This document shows, in pieces, positions 1-12,480 of a DNA stretch of 64,000 bases. Made by a program: the position numbers and the translations under genes. This DNA is from Octopus sinensis (Eukaryota), in assembly GCF_006345805.1 (NCBI RefSeq), contig NC_042998.1, positions 166,842,001 to 166,906,000 on the forward strand, read 5' to 3'. Numbering within the stretch: position 1 is the stretch's first letter; the number at the start of each line of letters is the position of its first letter. The notes under the pieces are model-generated. The model searched no databases. It saw only the letters and a list, made by a program, of their open reading frames with translations, and was not told where the DNA came from.

Positions 1-110
1 TTTATCCTTTCAGGTCGATAAAATAAGTACCAGCGGAACACTAGGGTCGACGTAATCGACTAAACCCCACTCCCCGAAATGACTAGTCTTGTGCCGAAAT
101 TTGAGATTAA
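1..110 (+). mobile_element. SINE family A, 3' part (cut by window edge)
   Basis: atcctttcaggtcgataaaataagtaccag...gggtcgacgtaatcgac...cttgtgccgaaatttga matches core and tail of the many family A copies in the window. Confidence 0.75.
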
Positions 111-125
111 TCTTAATATGTATGA

Positions 126-333
126 AGGCGACGGCCTGGAAGAATCGTTAGCACGCCGGGCAAAATGCTTAGCAGCATTGCGTCAGTCTTTATGTTCTGA
201 GTTCAAATTCTGCCGAGGCTGACTTTGCCTGTTATCCTTTCGAGGACGATAAAATAAAAACCATTTGAACACTGGAGACGATGCAATCAACTTATACCCT
301 CCTCCTTAATTTGTGACCAAGTGCCAAAATATC
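126..333 (+). mobile_element. SINE family A (tRNA-derived head)
   Basis: A-box-like tggaagaatcgtta, B-box-like gagttcaaattc, core gactttgcct..atcctttcg; head-to-tail with the previous copy. Confidence 0.8.
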
Positions 334-832
334 ATCGTAACACACACACCTGAAAAAATTATCAACAAAGCCGATTTTTTCAGCAAAAACTGCACCTCGA
401 AGATCGACCCTTCACTTATAGACCAAAAATTACTTAACGCTTCCCCTTGCCCTCAAAAATATTACTGACACTCTAGAAGGCATCCACAACTGCACCACTC
501 ACAAACGTACTCCTTCACAGAGAGCCCCAGTCTGTAACATATCTATCCTGTCTCATCTTTCTACCTTTTCTACCGATATTATAATGGCCTCTGTTCTTTG
601 GAGCTAACTATTCTTGTTTCATCTCGACTAAGACCTCCTTACGACTTATTTCTCCTCTCATCATCCATGATGTGTCCAATATCCCAGACTTTGCTCTAAT
701 CAATATTACTGGTTCTATCCCACTCTCACAACATTGACCTCCTGGAATCTTTGCCCCACTCTTGCTTTCCTTCGGATGTCAAAATGTGTCAGTTTGTAAA
801 AGTTTACGCGAAACATTAACAGTAACGCTAAT

Positions 833-1075
833 ACTATAACCCCGAGCCGACCTTTGCATTATGAATGTATTTGGTAGTTGGACACTTGTGTGGAAGTCCG
901 CCATATCTGTGGGTCTCTGTCTGAGTAATTATGTTTGTATTTCCCTTCCACCCACACCGCAAAATCCACGATAGAATAATTACCATATTTATCAAAAAGA
1001 AAACAGCATTGGGGTCGATTTGTTCGACTAAATCTTTCAAGGCGATGCCCCAGCAATGCCGCAGTACAATGACCG
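833..1075 (+). mobile_element. Degenerate SINE family B, 3' part
   Basis: actataaccccgagccgacc...ggggtcgatttgttcgactaa...ggcgatgccccagcaatgccgcagt resembles intact B copies (19429, 63462). Confidence 0.55.
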
Positions 1076-1645
1076 ACGCGAATAAAAAAAAAAGATATAT
1101 CTGTGACAGTGTTTCTGCCGCATACGCTAACTATTCTAGATATATGAACGCTATTTAGCTAATTATTAAAGACTGGCAGACAGACACTTTGTTTCGTGTC
1201 TGTTACTCTCTTACCGCTACTACAACGTTCTTTTCTCAGCTGAGTTTTAGTTTAAGACAGATGGTCCCAATACGTTAATATATCCCCTCATTTCTATTAT
1301 GTCTCATTTCCCAGATCATACTCCGAACACGTCATTGAAACGTTTCCCCACCTAGAACTGTATCTTTTGTCTGTGTTCTTTCCGTTTGTCGTCCAGACCT
1401 AAAACCTACAGCTGTTCAAACAGAACATCAATCGCATCAACTTCTTCGGTTTCTAGAGCCTGCGAAGGTCATCAACGTTGCCTGTCTTTCTCTGACGAAT
1501 ATATTAATAAAAACAGCTGTACTACAATAATGACTTTTGAAAAGATATAAATACCAAAAACCCTTCCTTTTTTTTATTTTACTTTTTGCATTTCCCCAAA
1601 TATGCCTCATCAAAACATTAGTATTAATACAATTACTGAAATTTT

Positions 1646-1763
1646 AAGGTGACGAGTTGGCAAAATCGTTAGCACACAGGGCAAAAAATAATGCTTAATG
1701 GCGTTTCGTCCGTCTCAAATTCCGCCGATGAAAACATTACTTTTCACCCCTTTCGGGGGGTGA
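1646..1763 (+). mobile_element. Degenerate SINE family A
   Basis: aaggtgacgagttggcaaaatcgttagcac...caaattccgccga...cacccctttcgggg. Confidence 0.55.
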
Positions 1764-3102
1764 ACAGAGTATTACATGAGTAAGTTCTACAATATGTGTG
1801 GAAAAAGAGAGCTTAAAATTTGGTATGAATTAAACACACAAAATTGTAGATTATACGAAAACACAATTTAGACAGAAAATTAAAGCAAACTAAAAACAAG
1901 TTACGTAACCCACCCACACATAGGAGAGAGCAACTAACTCGGGGGTAAAACGCTCTATGACTGCCTAACTACCACTCGTCATACTGAAACACAGTACACC
2001 GGATACGTATGTTTTGCGCTGGACGGGGTAGAAAATATTAAACGTCCCTCGGGAAAAGTATGTTTGAGGGTGTGCTAAAACATAACTATAGTCTATATCA
2101 ACATCCTATCGTTGTTCGTGCATTTCTGAAACCCGCCCTTACTTCCTCTTCCTCGTACGTCGTCATCGCTTTTACGTTTGAGAGATCTCAGCTATGATTT
2201 CAGATCTATGTCGCTTACTCTCACAGTCGTGAACTCCCTCCCTATCACCCCGTTGGGTATGTGTTCCATTCTTTTATTTTGTATTCTTACTGCTCTTACT
2301 CAATAACCTTCTCTCAGCCAATTTTTTTCTTTTCTTTTTTTTTTTTAGGTTTTTGTCTCAGCAACAGATTGTCACTTTTCTTCAGCCCCCATTTTTTTTT
2401 TATATCGGGGATAGATGGTGTGATACCTCTGGGAGAAGAGAAAGTTCTGCTTCGTCCTGTTTAGTACAGAGAACGAAGCGTTGTTTTCGAGCAACCTGAG
2501 AGATGTCTATATTGTTCCGCAAAATGTGACAACTACTATGACTTTTGTATAGTACAGGCATGTGTATTGCAGAATTAGCCAATCGGCAATTGTAAGATAC
2601 ACCGATTCGTGTTCTCACCTCGCCCCGTCTTGTCTCGCCTTCTGTCTTGAAGGCCAGGTAGCCACTTCCGCACGCCCTACCCTGGCAGATGGAGAGCATA
2701 CACACACACACACAGAGGCTATAACTTCCTCTAATTCTTCATTTAGGGGCATAATGAAAGCTCATCCCGCTTCCGCAGTACTGAGGTTTGATACATCCCT
2801 TATTTCCTCAGGCTAGGAGGCATTCTCTTTTATGACACATTGCTGTCTTCCTCTTTCCCCCCACTTTTTTTTTGTTGTTGATTGAATTCGATTTATGTAC
2901 AAACGTTAGCAATGCCGGTAAAACTCTTCGATTGGCATTAACATTCACACTCAAGAATATGTGTATGTGAATGTTATAATTGTTGTTATTGTTGTCAAAA
3001 TTGTTGCTTGGGCTTTTCTCACTAATGTCGCTGCTTAAAGACGCGTGATAATCGTTCTCTCTAAAATGTGTGTTTTGTTGTACAATATGATTTCATTGTT
3101 TT

Positions 3103-3159
<57 letters not shown>

Positions 3160-3240
3160 CTCGCTCCCTCTCTCTCTCTCTCTCGCTCTCTCTCTCTCGC
3201 TCCCTCTCTCTCTCGCTCTCTCTCTTCTCTCTCTCTCTCT
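3103..3240. repeat. (CT)n microsatellite
   Basis: Direct inspection. Confidence 0.95.
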
Positions 3241-3541
3241 TTGTTAAACGCCTGCGAAAAAATGTTTTTTTCTGTTTCTACTGTTCCTTTTTTTTTCATT
3301 GGGCACGGGTGGTCTTCATTTGAAGAATTCAAATTAAAGTCTTTTCCCCCAAAAGGAGGCATATAATTCCATGTAGTTAATTAATTACGCTTCTACATAA
3401 AAGTTACATATTAGATAAAAAAATTTCAATTGTTTCACTTGGTCAATACACATATTGGAGAGTGAGACGGAACACAACTGACTGGCACAAACACAATAAT
3501 GAAAGGTAAAAGGTTAACTGGGAAAAATATCGAAAGACTAT

Positions 3542-4115
3542 GAAATAAATCGAGATGGTAACTGCACTCCAGAAATAAGACAGCGGGTAGTACTACGTAG
3601 GGAGGCAATGGTCAGCATGAGTAAGGTCTGGAAGAGTAGAAACATCAGCCTCGCTACCAAATGCAGATTGGTGAATGCAATCGTCTTCGCAATAACAACA
3701 TATGGATGCGAGTCATGGACACTAAAGAAAGCTGACCAGAAGAGAATTAATGCATTCGAGCTTTGGTGTTGGAGAAGACTTTTGCGGATTCCATGGACAG
3801 CGAGGCTCACCAATGGAGAAGTTCTTAACCAGATCAAGCCGAAACTGTCGCTAGAAGCTAGGATCACCAAGCATAGATTGGCATATTTTGGTCATATTAT
3901 GCGGAGAAATTCCCTGGAGAAGGACACCATCCTCGAAATGGTCAGTGGCAAGAGAGGAAGAGGCCGACCAAGAACCCGCTGGCTTGACACCATCAAGAGT
4001 GACACGGGAATGGCCATAGCCAATCTGAAAGAAGCGACCCAGGATAGAACTGACTGGAGAACACTGATCCATCGAGTAACCGAGAGTCGACTTCGACTGA
4101 GCAGATAGATAGATA
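3542..4115 (+). mobile_element. 5'-truncated RTE-clade LINE (BovB-like C-terminus) with (GATA)n tail
   Basis: Open frame EINRDGNCTPEIRQRV...YGCESWTLKKADQKRINAFELWCWRRLLRIPWTAR...YFGHIMRR..LEK...GKRGRGRPRTRWLD...SRLRLSR*, then agatagatagatag; motifs typical of RTE-BovB ORF ends. Confidence 0.9.
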
Positions 4116-4324
4116 GAAGTTTTTTTTAATGCTCTAGTAATTTCATCAATCTATTGCTTTTGCAGTTTGATTTGGGGACAAGGCTAAGAATTTTAAAGTG
4201 AGCATGTTACTCGAAACTATCAATCCCTGTACTCAGACTGATAATTGATTTTATCTATCCCTCGAAAGGATTTGTACTCAGAAAATAAAGTCCCGGATCA
4301 AAGACGAAAAGTACAAAACCAAGG

Positions 4325-4615
4325 CACGATAATGTTGTAAGAATGATTCATTGAGATGTCTGGCAAGTATGGATTGGATAGAGAAAAGACATGGCAATGG
4401 TAAACACCAGAGGAACTAATCGAGAATGATAGAGTAAAGGTACTTTGGTATATAATGATCCAATGTGACCATATATATTACATGTCCTGGTGATAACAAT
4501 GTATCGGAAAGAGAAGAGGAACATGTCAGATATGATGATTTGATGTAGGAGATAAAAAGACTGTGGTAAATGAAGATGATAAGTGTCGTACTGGTCGTTG
4601 TAGAATCCTAGGGAA
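4325..4615 (+). mobile_element. Decayed R4/Dong-type LINE fragment (restriction-like endonuclease region)
   Basis: Broken frames give RHDNVVRMIH, IENDRVKVLW..MIQCDH, YDDL..EIKRLW.MKMISVVLVVV, resembling the copy at 36504-37295. Confidence 0.6.
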
Positions 4616-4689
4616 CTAGATTGAAAACATAGGCGTTAATGTGAAGATAGAACAAGATAAAGGATAACATTACGAAGTTTAAACAAATG

Positions 4690-5060
4690 TATTAAAGTTT
4701 AGAAGGTAGGGAAAGAGACTCAACGTTTCGGATGCTAGTCCTTCATTGGAAAAAGAAAGATGAGGAAAATATAAAGAAAGAGGAAAGTTGCTAAAAGGTG
4801 GAAAATAGGTTAAGGGCAAAGCATGAATGCGATTCTATGGGAAGGTGTCAAGAAGGGGGGAGAAGAAGCGGGTTGGTGCGTGATGAGAATAGGGGACAGT
4901 ATGTGTGCGTGTGGTGGTGTGAAGTGCGTTTGAAGTACGTGTGGCTCCATAGGGTGTATATAGGTGTGTGGAAATGTGTAGGTGTTGGATTATAATGCCT
5001 GATAATCTATGGTCAAAATGCAAAACTTACACATCCGCAAAATCTTGACTGCAATTTATG
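4690..5060 (-). mobile_element. Possible decayed Penelope-like 3' end/pLTR
   Basis: Minus strand tgaaggactagcatccgaaacgttgag resembles a degenerate hammerhead core of PLE repeats; weak. Confidence 0.35.
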
Positions 5061-5491
5061 TCTTTGTTGATAATTTATATATATATATATATATTATTAA
5101 TGCATCTTCATATGTGTGAGTGTGGAAGAAAGAGAAAGAAAAGGGGAGAGAGAGAAAGAGAAAATGTGTGTGTGTGTATGTATTTCTGCGTTTGTTGTTT
5201 TCTAAATCTTCTACTCACGTGCCATACACTATAGACGCCTTTCATTTCCTAACTTGTTAGTGGTTATTGATGCTCGGTTTCACTCTTAATTAACCCTCTT
5301 TGTCTCGGCCATCAGAATGATGGCGATGACAACCATGATGATGATGTTGAAAATGATGACACCACTTCATACAGAAATAATAATAATAATATATTTGCTT
5401 CCTAGGAACTCTCCAAAAAGTTCGCACACCCTATTCTAATAACCACATCCAAGGAAGTTTTGATTTCCCTTTGCCCTAGTTACACAAACCC

Positions 5492-5549
<58 letters not shown>

Positions 5550-5567
5550 TACACACACACACACACA
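5492..5567. repeat. (CT)n(CA)n microsatellite
   Basis: Direct inspection. Confidence 0.9.
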
Positions 5568-6037
5568 GAGTTAACCATTTCTCTGCACACAAAACCTTAA
5601 CAAGCACACAGAGATCTGAATAGGCATGTGTATGTATCTGTATTTGCATAAGTTCATCTACTCTCTCTCTATCTCACTGTGTGTGTGTGTGTGTGTGTTT
5701 GTGCGTCTATGTATTTCTGTATGTATACCAGAAAAGGCCTCCACCCACTTTTCAAAATACACACACACACACACACAGACGGACGCGCACTCACACAACA
5801 AACTTCATTGGGGGCAAAAACAATTTAGACTTTTCTTAAACAAGCTTATAAAGTTTATGAAGTGTTTTTTTTTTTAGTCTCCTGTTTCGTGTGAGTAGTA
5901 CGGATACTTTCCATATAATATACGTATACATTCATGTATTTGTATAAACATGCATGCATATATATACAAATATATATATATATATATATATAATATATAA
6001 TAGATATATATAATATATATATTTATTATATAGAAGG

Positions 6038-6088
6038 AGCTTCTACAGGACTAGTACTGTTTCATTCAAGAGAAATCTTCAGGAAGCT
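6038..6088 (-). ncRNA. Type I hammerhead ribozyme in 3' pLTR
   Basis: AGCTTC-CTGAAGA-t TTC tctt GAA t-GAAA-CAG tactagtc CTG-TA|GAAGCT: 6-bp stem I, CUGANGA core, short stem II, GAAA, stem III, GUA cleavage triplet. Confidence 0.8.
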
Positions 6089-6319
6089 ATTTAACAAGAA
6101 TTGTATTAGCATTTATACATTTAGGCAGGTTAAAGGAGTGGTGGTGGTGGGGACTTTTTTGGGGGTAGGCATAGCGCAAAATATCATACTTGGGGGAGTG
6201 GTCAAGGAGTCAGTGGTAAGTTAGATGAAAGAATAGATAAATAAAAAAATAAAATAAAAAATAAAAAAATAAAAAATAAAATAAAAAATAAAAAAAATAA
6301 AAAAATAAAAAAATAAAAA

Positions 6320-6408
6320 ATAAAATGTGTGCACATACATACATAAACACATATACATACACACACACATACGTACACATGTGTGCCTATACATACCTAC
6401 ACATACAC

Positions 6409-6478
<70 letters not shown>

Positions 6479-6916
6479 TCAAATACAGGCCCATTCCCTA
6501 ATTTTAATTTTATTATCTTCATTTATACTTTTGTTATCTTTGATCGCTAGGGCTAAGGATCCTGGCGATGGCAGCATGTCCAATTGTCTGTCTACTAGAA
6601 GGCAAGTACTCGTTCCCGCACGCACACTCATTAGCCACGTACATACACCCATTCGTACACTCATACACATACACGTACGCACGCGTTATATTCATACATA
6701 CAATCATCTACATACGTTCACGTATATACACATACGTACTCGTACCTACAGATTCATGTCTACACTTTAGGAGGCTAGTCTATATATATACACCAATAAA
6801 TATACATATATATATAATATATATACATATATATATATAACACATATACACATACACACACACAACACATATATATACTCCTACATACAGATACATACCC
6901 ATATATATATACATAT

Positions 6917-6949
<33 letters not shown>

Positions 6950-7202
6950 CATACATATATATATATATATTATATATATATATATACATACATACACCAC
7001 ACAACATATATATACACACACATACATACACATATATATACATACACAAACATATATACACACATATATATATATACATATATACACACATACATACACA
7101 CACCTACATACATATACACACAAACACATACATACGTAAACATACATACATACATCCATACATCCATACTTACATGCATTTATACGCATACATACACCCC
7201 CA

Positions 7203-7257
<55 letters not shown>

Positions 7258-7749
7258 TCACACATACATATACAAATATACGCCCACACATACATACATA
7301 CACGTATACGCATACACGCACATACACATATACATGCGTACCCATACACGTGCACACACGCACATGCATCCATATATACACACACACACACATATATACA
7401 CGTGTGCAAGCATACATACATACTATACACGCACACATACTTACATATACATATATGCACACACTTACACACATATATACATACACTATACATGCATACA
7501 TACATATATGCATACATACACATACACGCACATACACATATACACATGCGTACCCATACACGTGCACGCACGCACGCGCATCCATATATATACACACACA
7601 CACATATATATACACGTGTGCAAGCATACATACATACTCATACACGCACACATACTTACATATACATATATGCACACACTTACACACATATATACATACA
7701 CATATACATGCATACATACATATATGCATACATACACACACGCGCACTC

Positions 7750-7780
<31 letters not shown>

Positions 7781-7879
7781 CATATATACACATATATATA
7801 TATACATATATATACACAAACATATATATACACATATACACATACACATACATGCACACCTACACACACATACACATAC

Positions 7880-7920
<41 letters not shown>

Positions 7921-8254
7921 TACACATATACACATACATATATACACACATACATACATATACATACACACACACATACATATATACACGGATACACATA
8001 CCCATACATATAATATATATATATATATACACACACACACGTATACACATGCATATACTTATATCTCTACATACTCACATATAAACATATATATATATAC
8101 ACACACACATATATATACATGTACACACACATACACATATACATACATATATACACATACACACATACATATATATATATACATACACACACATATATAT
8201 ATACATACATATATATATATACATATATATATACATATACCCCCACATATATAC

Positions 8255-8291
<37 letters not shown>

Positions 8292-9190
8292 TACATATAC
8301 ACATATACATGTATACATACGCAATAATGATACACATATATACACATACACACACACAGACAGATGCATATACATACATATATATATATATAAATTACAT
8401 ATCTATATAAATACATACATAATAATACACATATACACACACATATATACATACATATACATACACATATATATACATATATATATATATACATATATAT
8501 ACATACATATACATATATATACACACATACATACACATGCACATACATATACAAATATACATACACATACATACACACACACGCGCGCACATACATATAC
8601 ACACACACATGTACAAATACATACATACACACATACACACACACACATATATATACATACATGTACACATATACATATATATATATATCAACAAGGGAGG
8701 GTGAAGTTAATTAGTTATTAATCAAATTCACCAAGAATTCAGTATGTAAAGGGACCATTATTATTTTGAGTAAACAATGTTAGAGGGAAAAAATTCTCTA
8801 AGTAGTGGAAGAGGCTAAAAACCTTTATTGGCTGCTATTTCTAGAAAGTTTAGTATGTGGCAAAGTAATTTATTTTATTTTACTAAGCCCTAATTATATA
8901 ATATTTTATACATACATACACATACAAAACCACATACATTTACACGTATATACACATATACATACAAACACATATACATATATACACACACACACACACA
9001 TACAAGCACATACATATATATATATATATATATATTCATATATGCAAACATATATACATATATATATTTTTTTACATGCATACATACACACACACACACA
9101 TAATACATGCGTATATTCCTACTGTACCCATGCATTTCTATACATATATACATACATACGATACACATATACAAGCGTGCACATACAATA
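6320..9190. repeat. Long cryptic TA/CA/CATA microsatellite mosaic with short unique islands (about 6480-6620, 8690-8890)
   Basis: Direct inspection; explains the YIYI/HTHT ORFs. Confidence 0.95.
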
Positions 9191-9274
9191 TGTGAAAGGT
9201 CTTAGGAGAAAAGGTAATCGGGGGTGCTAGGGGAACAGTGGGGTGGGGGGGTTTGTAGGGGGGGGGGGTTGTCA

Positions 9275-11411
9275 TCAATCAGGTTGCCGGGTAGGTCTAT
9301 AGTTCTTATAGTTCGCATACTTCTTATGCATGCAATTTGGGGAGTGTTCTGAAAATTTGTTAAGGAGAGGGCCTTTGGCGAACAAGATCTCTAGGCTCTC
9401 TGATATGCATAGGTCACAGCAGGTATGTCCTCCTGTGTACGAGCGCGCCTTCTGTAGTAGTTTCCACTTGGTCTTGAAGGGGATAGAGTTCCTTTTAAGG
9501 TACCAGATGTGGGCGGCGAGGGAGTTTGGTTGGATTTATCCTGTCGCCGGAACGAGTGTGTATGTGCGTACCAGCGGGTCTTAAAGCTGTTTGACGTCAT
9601 TCCAATGTAGGATTTACTTTTATCGTCAAGGCCTGATCTTACCTCGCATTTATATACTAGGTCCCTCTGTAGGCAGTTGTTGTTGAGGGGGCAGGTGGTT
9701 TTATCATGGCAGTTGCAACTGCTATCGGACGTTGGATGGGCCCCGGAGAAAGTAGATATGTTAAGTTTTTTCACATTGTTGTTGGCTAGGTTCCTGGCTA
9801 GATTGGGCGTGGTAGAGTAGGAGAGTCTAATAGTGTTCTTATTTAGGATAGTGTAGTACTTATGTTGGGTGGGGAAGTGTTCTGTAGGAGAGTGAAAAAG
9901 ATCTTAGCTACAGGTGTAGCGACCTCACGTTGAAGGGGGGGTTGTACCAGCTAATGTGTCTTCGTCTATTTTTCCTGGGTTGGCGTGGGGCTATACTAGT
10001 ATAGGTAATCTTATCTTTAAAACCACTGCGGGCCAGGGCCTCGTTGTAATAGGGGGCTGCGGCTCTAAAGATATCTTCCGTGGCGGACAGGCTAGAGATT
10101 CTAATTGAGACACTTTTTACTAGGTTATCTAATATATTTTTGGGGTGGTTGGAATTGATATCTATATATCTAAGGGATTCATTTGGTTTGTGGTACGGGT
10201 AATAAAGTGAGGTTTTTAAGTCGAGGGTGACATCGAGGAAGTTAGCCTTTGTTAAGTTGGATTCTAGGGTAATCCTAAGGCCTAAGTTTTTAAAGAAGGT
10301 GTGAAGGTTTTTCCGGAACCCATCCGTGGTCCTGGGGTTTATATTGTGGAGGGCGAAAAGGCCGTCATCTCGGTAAAGACCACCGGAGAGGCCTGTGAAT
10401 AGGGTTCAGCCTATGGAGGATGAAAAGGCCCACTAGGTCACTTATTTCAGCAGAGTCGTTAGCACCCATGCTGACGTCGAAGGGGGTCATAGATTTTTTG
10501 TTGATCCAGTGGGATCCGTCATAGAAAAGAAAAGTCTTACGTGCGTGGAGGATCACATCTTGCTCGGCCTCGGTGATGGTGGAGGACCTCCTGGCGAAGT
10601 TAATCGCATCGATCAGCAAGCTCTCCGATATAGAGGCGTAGTAATCCTCGATATCCAGTTGTAGGAATCGGGTGTTGCTTTTATCTGGTAAATCCCGGAA
10701 CCAGGTTATTGCCTCGGAGGTCCTATTCCAGAGTGGAAGGGGTGAAGCTTCACGCATTTTTGGTAAAATCCTGTCCAGGATCTTCTTGCTGACGGATCCG
10801 ATGTCAGACTTGGTTGGGTTAATCAAACGGACCGACGGTTTATTTTCGAAATGGTCTTTGTGGTCTTTCAGGGTGAAGTGTGGGGACTTCACCCTCAGAG
10901 GTTCTGTTCGGTCGTCGATTTTAAGGGAGGTGGCAATCTCTTTCCCGGCCAAGTTGGTTTCAGTTAGCGCTGCGTCGTCTACTTTCTTGTATTTAGCTGT
11001 GATGGCGTTATCGGCTAGTCTATTATAGGTATCCGGAGTCACCGCATAAATATTTTTTGTCTTGTCCGAAGGGACATGGAGGTTCTGGGAGCTTTTCATT
11101 TTCGAAAGCTTCGCATTCAGTTCCGTTTGGAAAGGTAAGTTGACTCTCCTGAATTTGATGTTTTTTATCATGAGGAAGAGGTCTTCTTCAAACGGTTCAA
11201 GTAGGCTGTTGGTAGGAGGGGCCTTATTTGATTTGAAGCCGTACTTATCATTACTGGTAGATGCTACATCAGGGTTGTCGAAGAAGAAAGATCTCCATCG
11301 AATTCTTTTGATGAACTCATCAGTCCGTCTAATGAGGGCTTTTTGGTACTGTTTCCTTGGTGGAATAGTAATGTTCTTCAGGGAAGTGTCGAGGTCGATT
11401 CTTGTCAGCAT
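9275..11411 (-). pseudogene. Penelope RT + GIY-YIG endonuclease ORF with about 4 frameshifts
   Basis: N-terminal SLKNITIP..FIKRIRWRSFFF, SDKTKNIY, LQLDIEDYYASI, SMGANDSAEISDLVG, GLYRDDGL (after shift near 10390), NFLDVTLDL, NSNHP, WYNPPF, CNCHDKTTCPLNNNC linker, YKCEV...YIGMTSNSFKTRW, CCDLCISE...CMHK. Confidence 0.92.
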
Positions 11412-11542
11412 TTTTCTTGGTGATGGTTATAAGGGCACTAGGGTGTGCTAGGATATGTAGGTCCCGGGTTGATCCGGGGTTAACCACAGTAAGTAAGGTA
11501 CTCAATACATAGCAGAGTAAAATTAATTTATTATATAGAAGG

Positions 11543-11593
11543 AGCTTCTACAGGACTAGTACTGTTTCATTCAAGAGAAATCTTCAGGAAGCT
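11543..11593 (-). ncRNA. Type I hammerhead ribozyme in 5' pLTR
   Basis: Identical to the 6038-6088 motif. Confidence 0.8.
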
Positions 11594-11625
11594 ATTTAAC
11601 AAGAATTGTATTAGCATTTATACAT

Positions 11626-11657
<32 letters not shown>

Positions 11658-11673
11658 CAAATAATATATAAAA

Positions 11674-11704
<31 letters not shown>

Positions 11705-11799
11705 TATATATGTTTATATATATGTATATTAACATGCATATATGTGTGTGTATAAACATGCAGATATATGTGTGAGTGTATATATATATATATATATAT

Positions 11800-11995
11800 A
11801 GTTAATCCAAACATGAAAACACAAAGAGAAAACACAATAACGCGAGGACGTGGAACAAGTATAGTATTATTGGACGCTCAGGAAAGAAGGAGGCTTTCGA
11901 GCGGAGCGCTTCGTCAGAAACATAGGAAAAGGAAAGATCCAAAGAAGGGAAGACGGAGGAAAAAAAATCGCCAACGGTACACACACGGTCACAAG
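11800..11995 (-). mobile_element. Solo Penelope-like pLTR fragment (different family) with degenerate hammerhead core
   Basis: Minus strand ttCTGACGAagcgctccgctcGAAAgcc followed by T-rich tail ending in (TA)n. Confidence 0.55.
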
Positions 11996-12077
11996 GGTTA
12001 GTGTTAGGGTTAGGGTTATACAAGTCTATAAACATCTAAATAAACACATGTAATATACAAACGCAAAGCGTATGTCT

Positions 12078-12480
12078 TTTATCTTTTACCCGTTTCATTT
12101 GACTGCGACCATGCTAGAGCACCGGCTTGAAGGGATTTAGTGGAACAAATCGACGTCAGGACTGATTTTTATTTTTAAAGCCTAGTATTTATTCTTTCGG
12201 CTCTCTTTTGCCAAACCGCTAAGTTACAGGGATGTAAACACACCAGCACCAGTTGTCAAGAGGTGGTGGGCGACAAATATAGACACAAAGACACACACAC
12301 ACACATACACACTATATATGTATATGTATGTATATGACGGGTTTCTTCCAGTTTCCGTCTACCAAATCCGCTCACAGGGAAGGAAGTGGTCGACCCGGGG
12401 CTATAGTGGAAAACACTTGCCCAAAGTGCCATGCAGTTGGACTGAACCCGGATCCATGTGGGTGGGAAGCCACGCCTGCC
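12078..12480 (-). mobile_element. SINE family B
   Basis: Reverse complement of the 19429 copy: gggttcagtcc B-box, cttgggcaagtg, ggtagacggaaactg, tail cagtcaaatga. Confidence 0.85.

Larger units (their letters stand above)
6021..11626 (-). mobile_element. Penelope-like retroelement (Naiad-type) with direct pseudo-LTRs
   Basis: Identical 101-bp repeats at 6021-6121 and 11526-11626; RT plus GIY-YIG coding region 9275-11411; both ends sit in (TA)n. Confidence 0.88.

Noticed and set aside
520-1480. Faint RTE C-terminal-like words on the minus strand (WDIGHIM near 690; DAIDVL near 1430)
   Set aside because: Too decayed to support by eye
6327-9230. Dozens of long ORFs ([16 protein letters not shown] types), also at 22-25 kb, 40 kb and 57-61 kb
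   Set aside because: Translations of stop-free microsatellite frames; no coding complexity
9330-9730. Selenocysteine-encoding Naiad (known in that clade)
   Set aside because: The Cys codons I read in the linker (CNC..C..C) and C-terminal motif (CCDLC, CMH) are all TGC/TGT; no in-frame TGA at those positions
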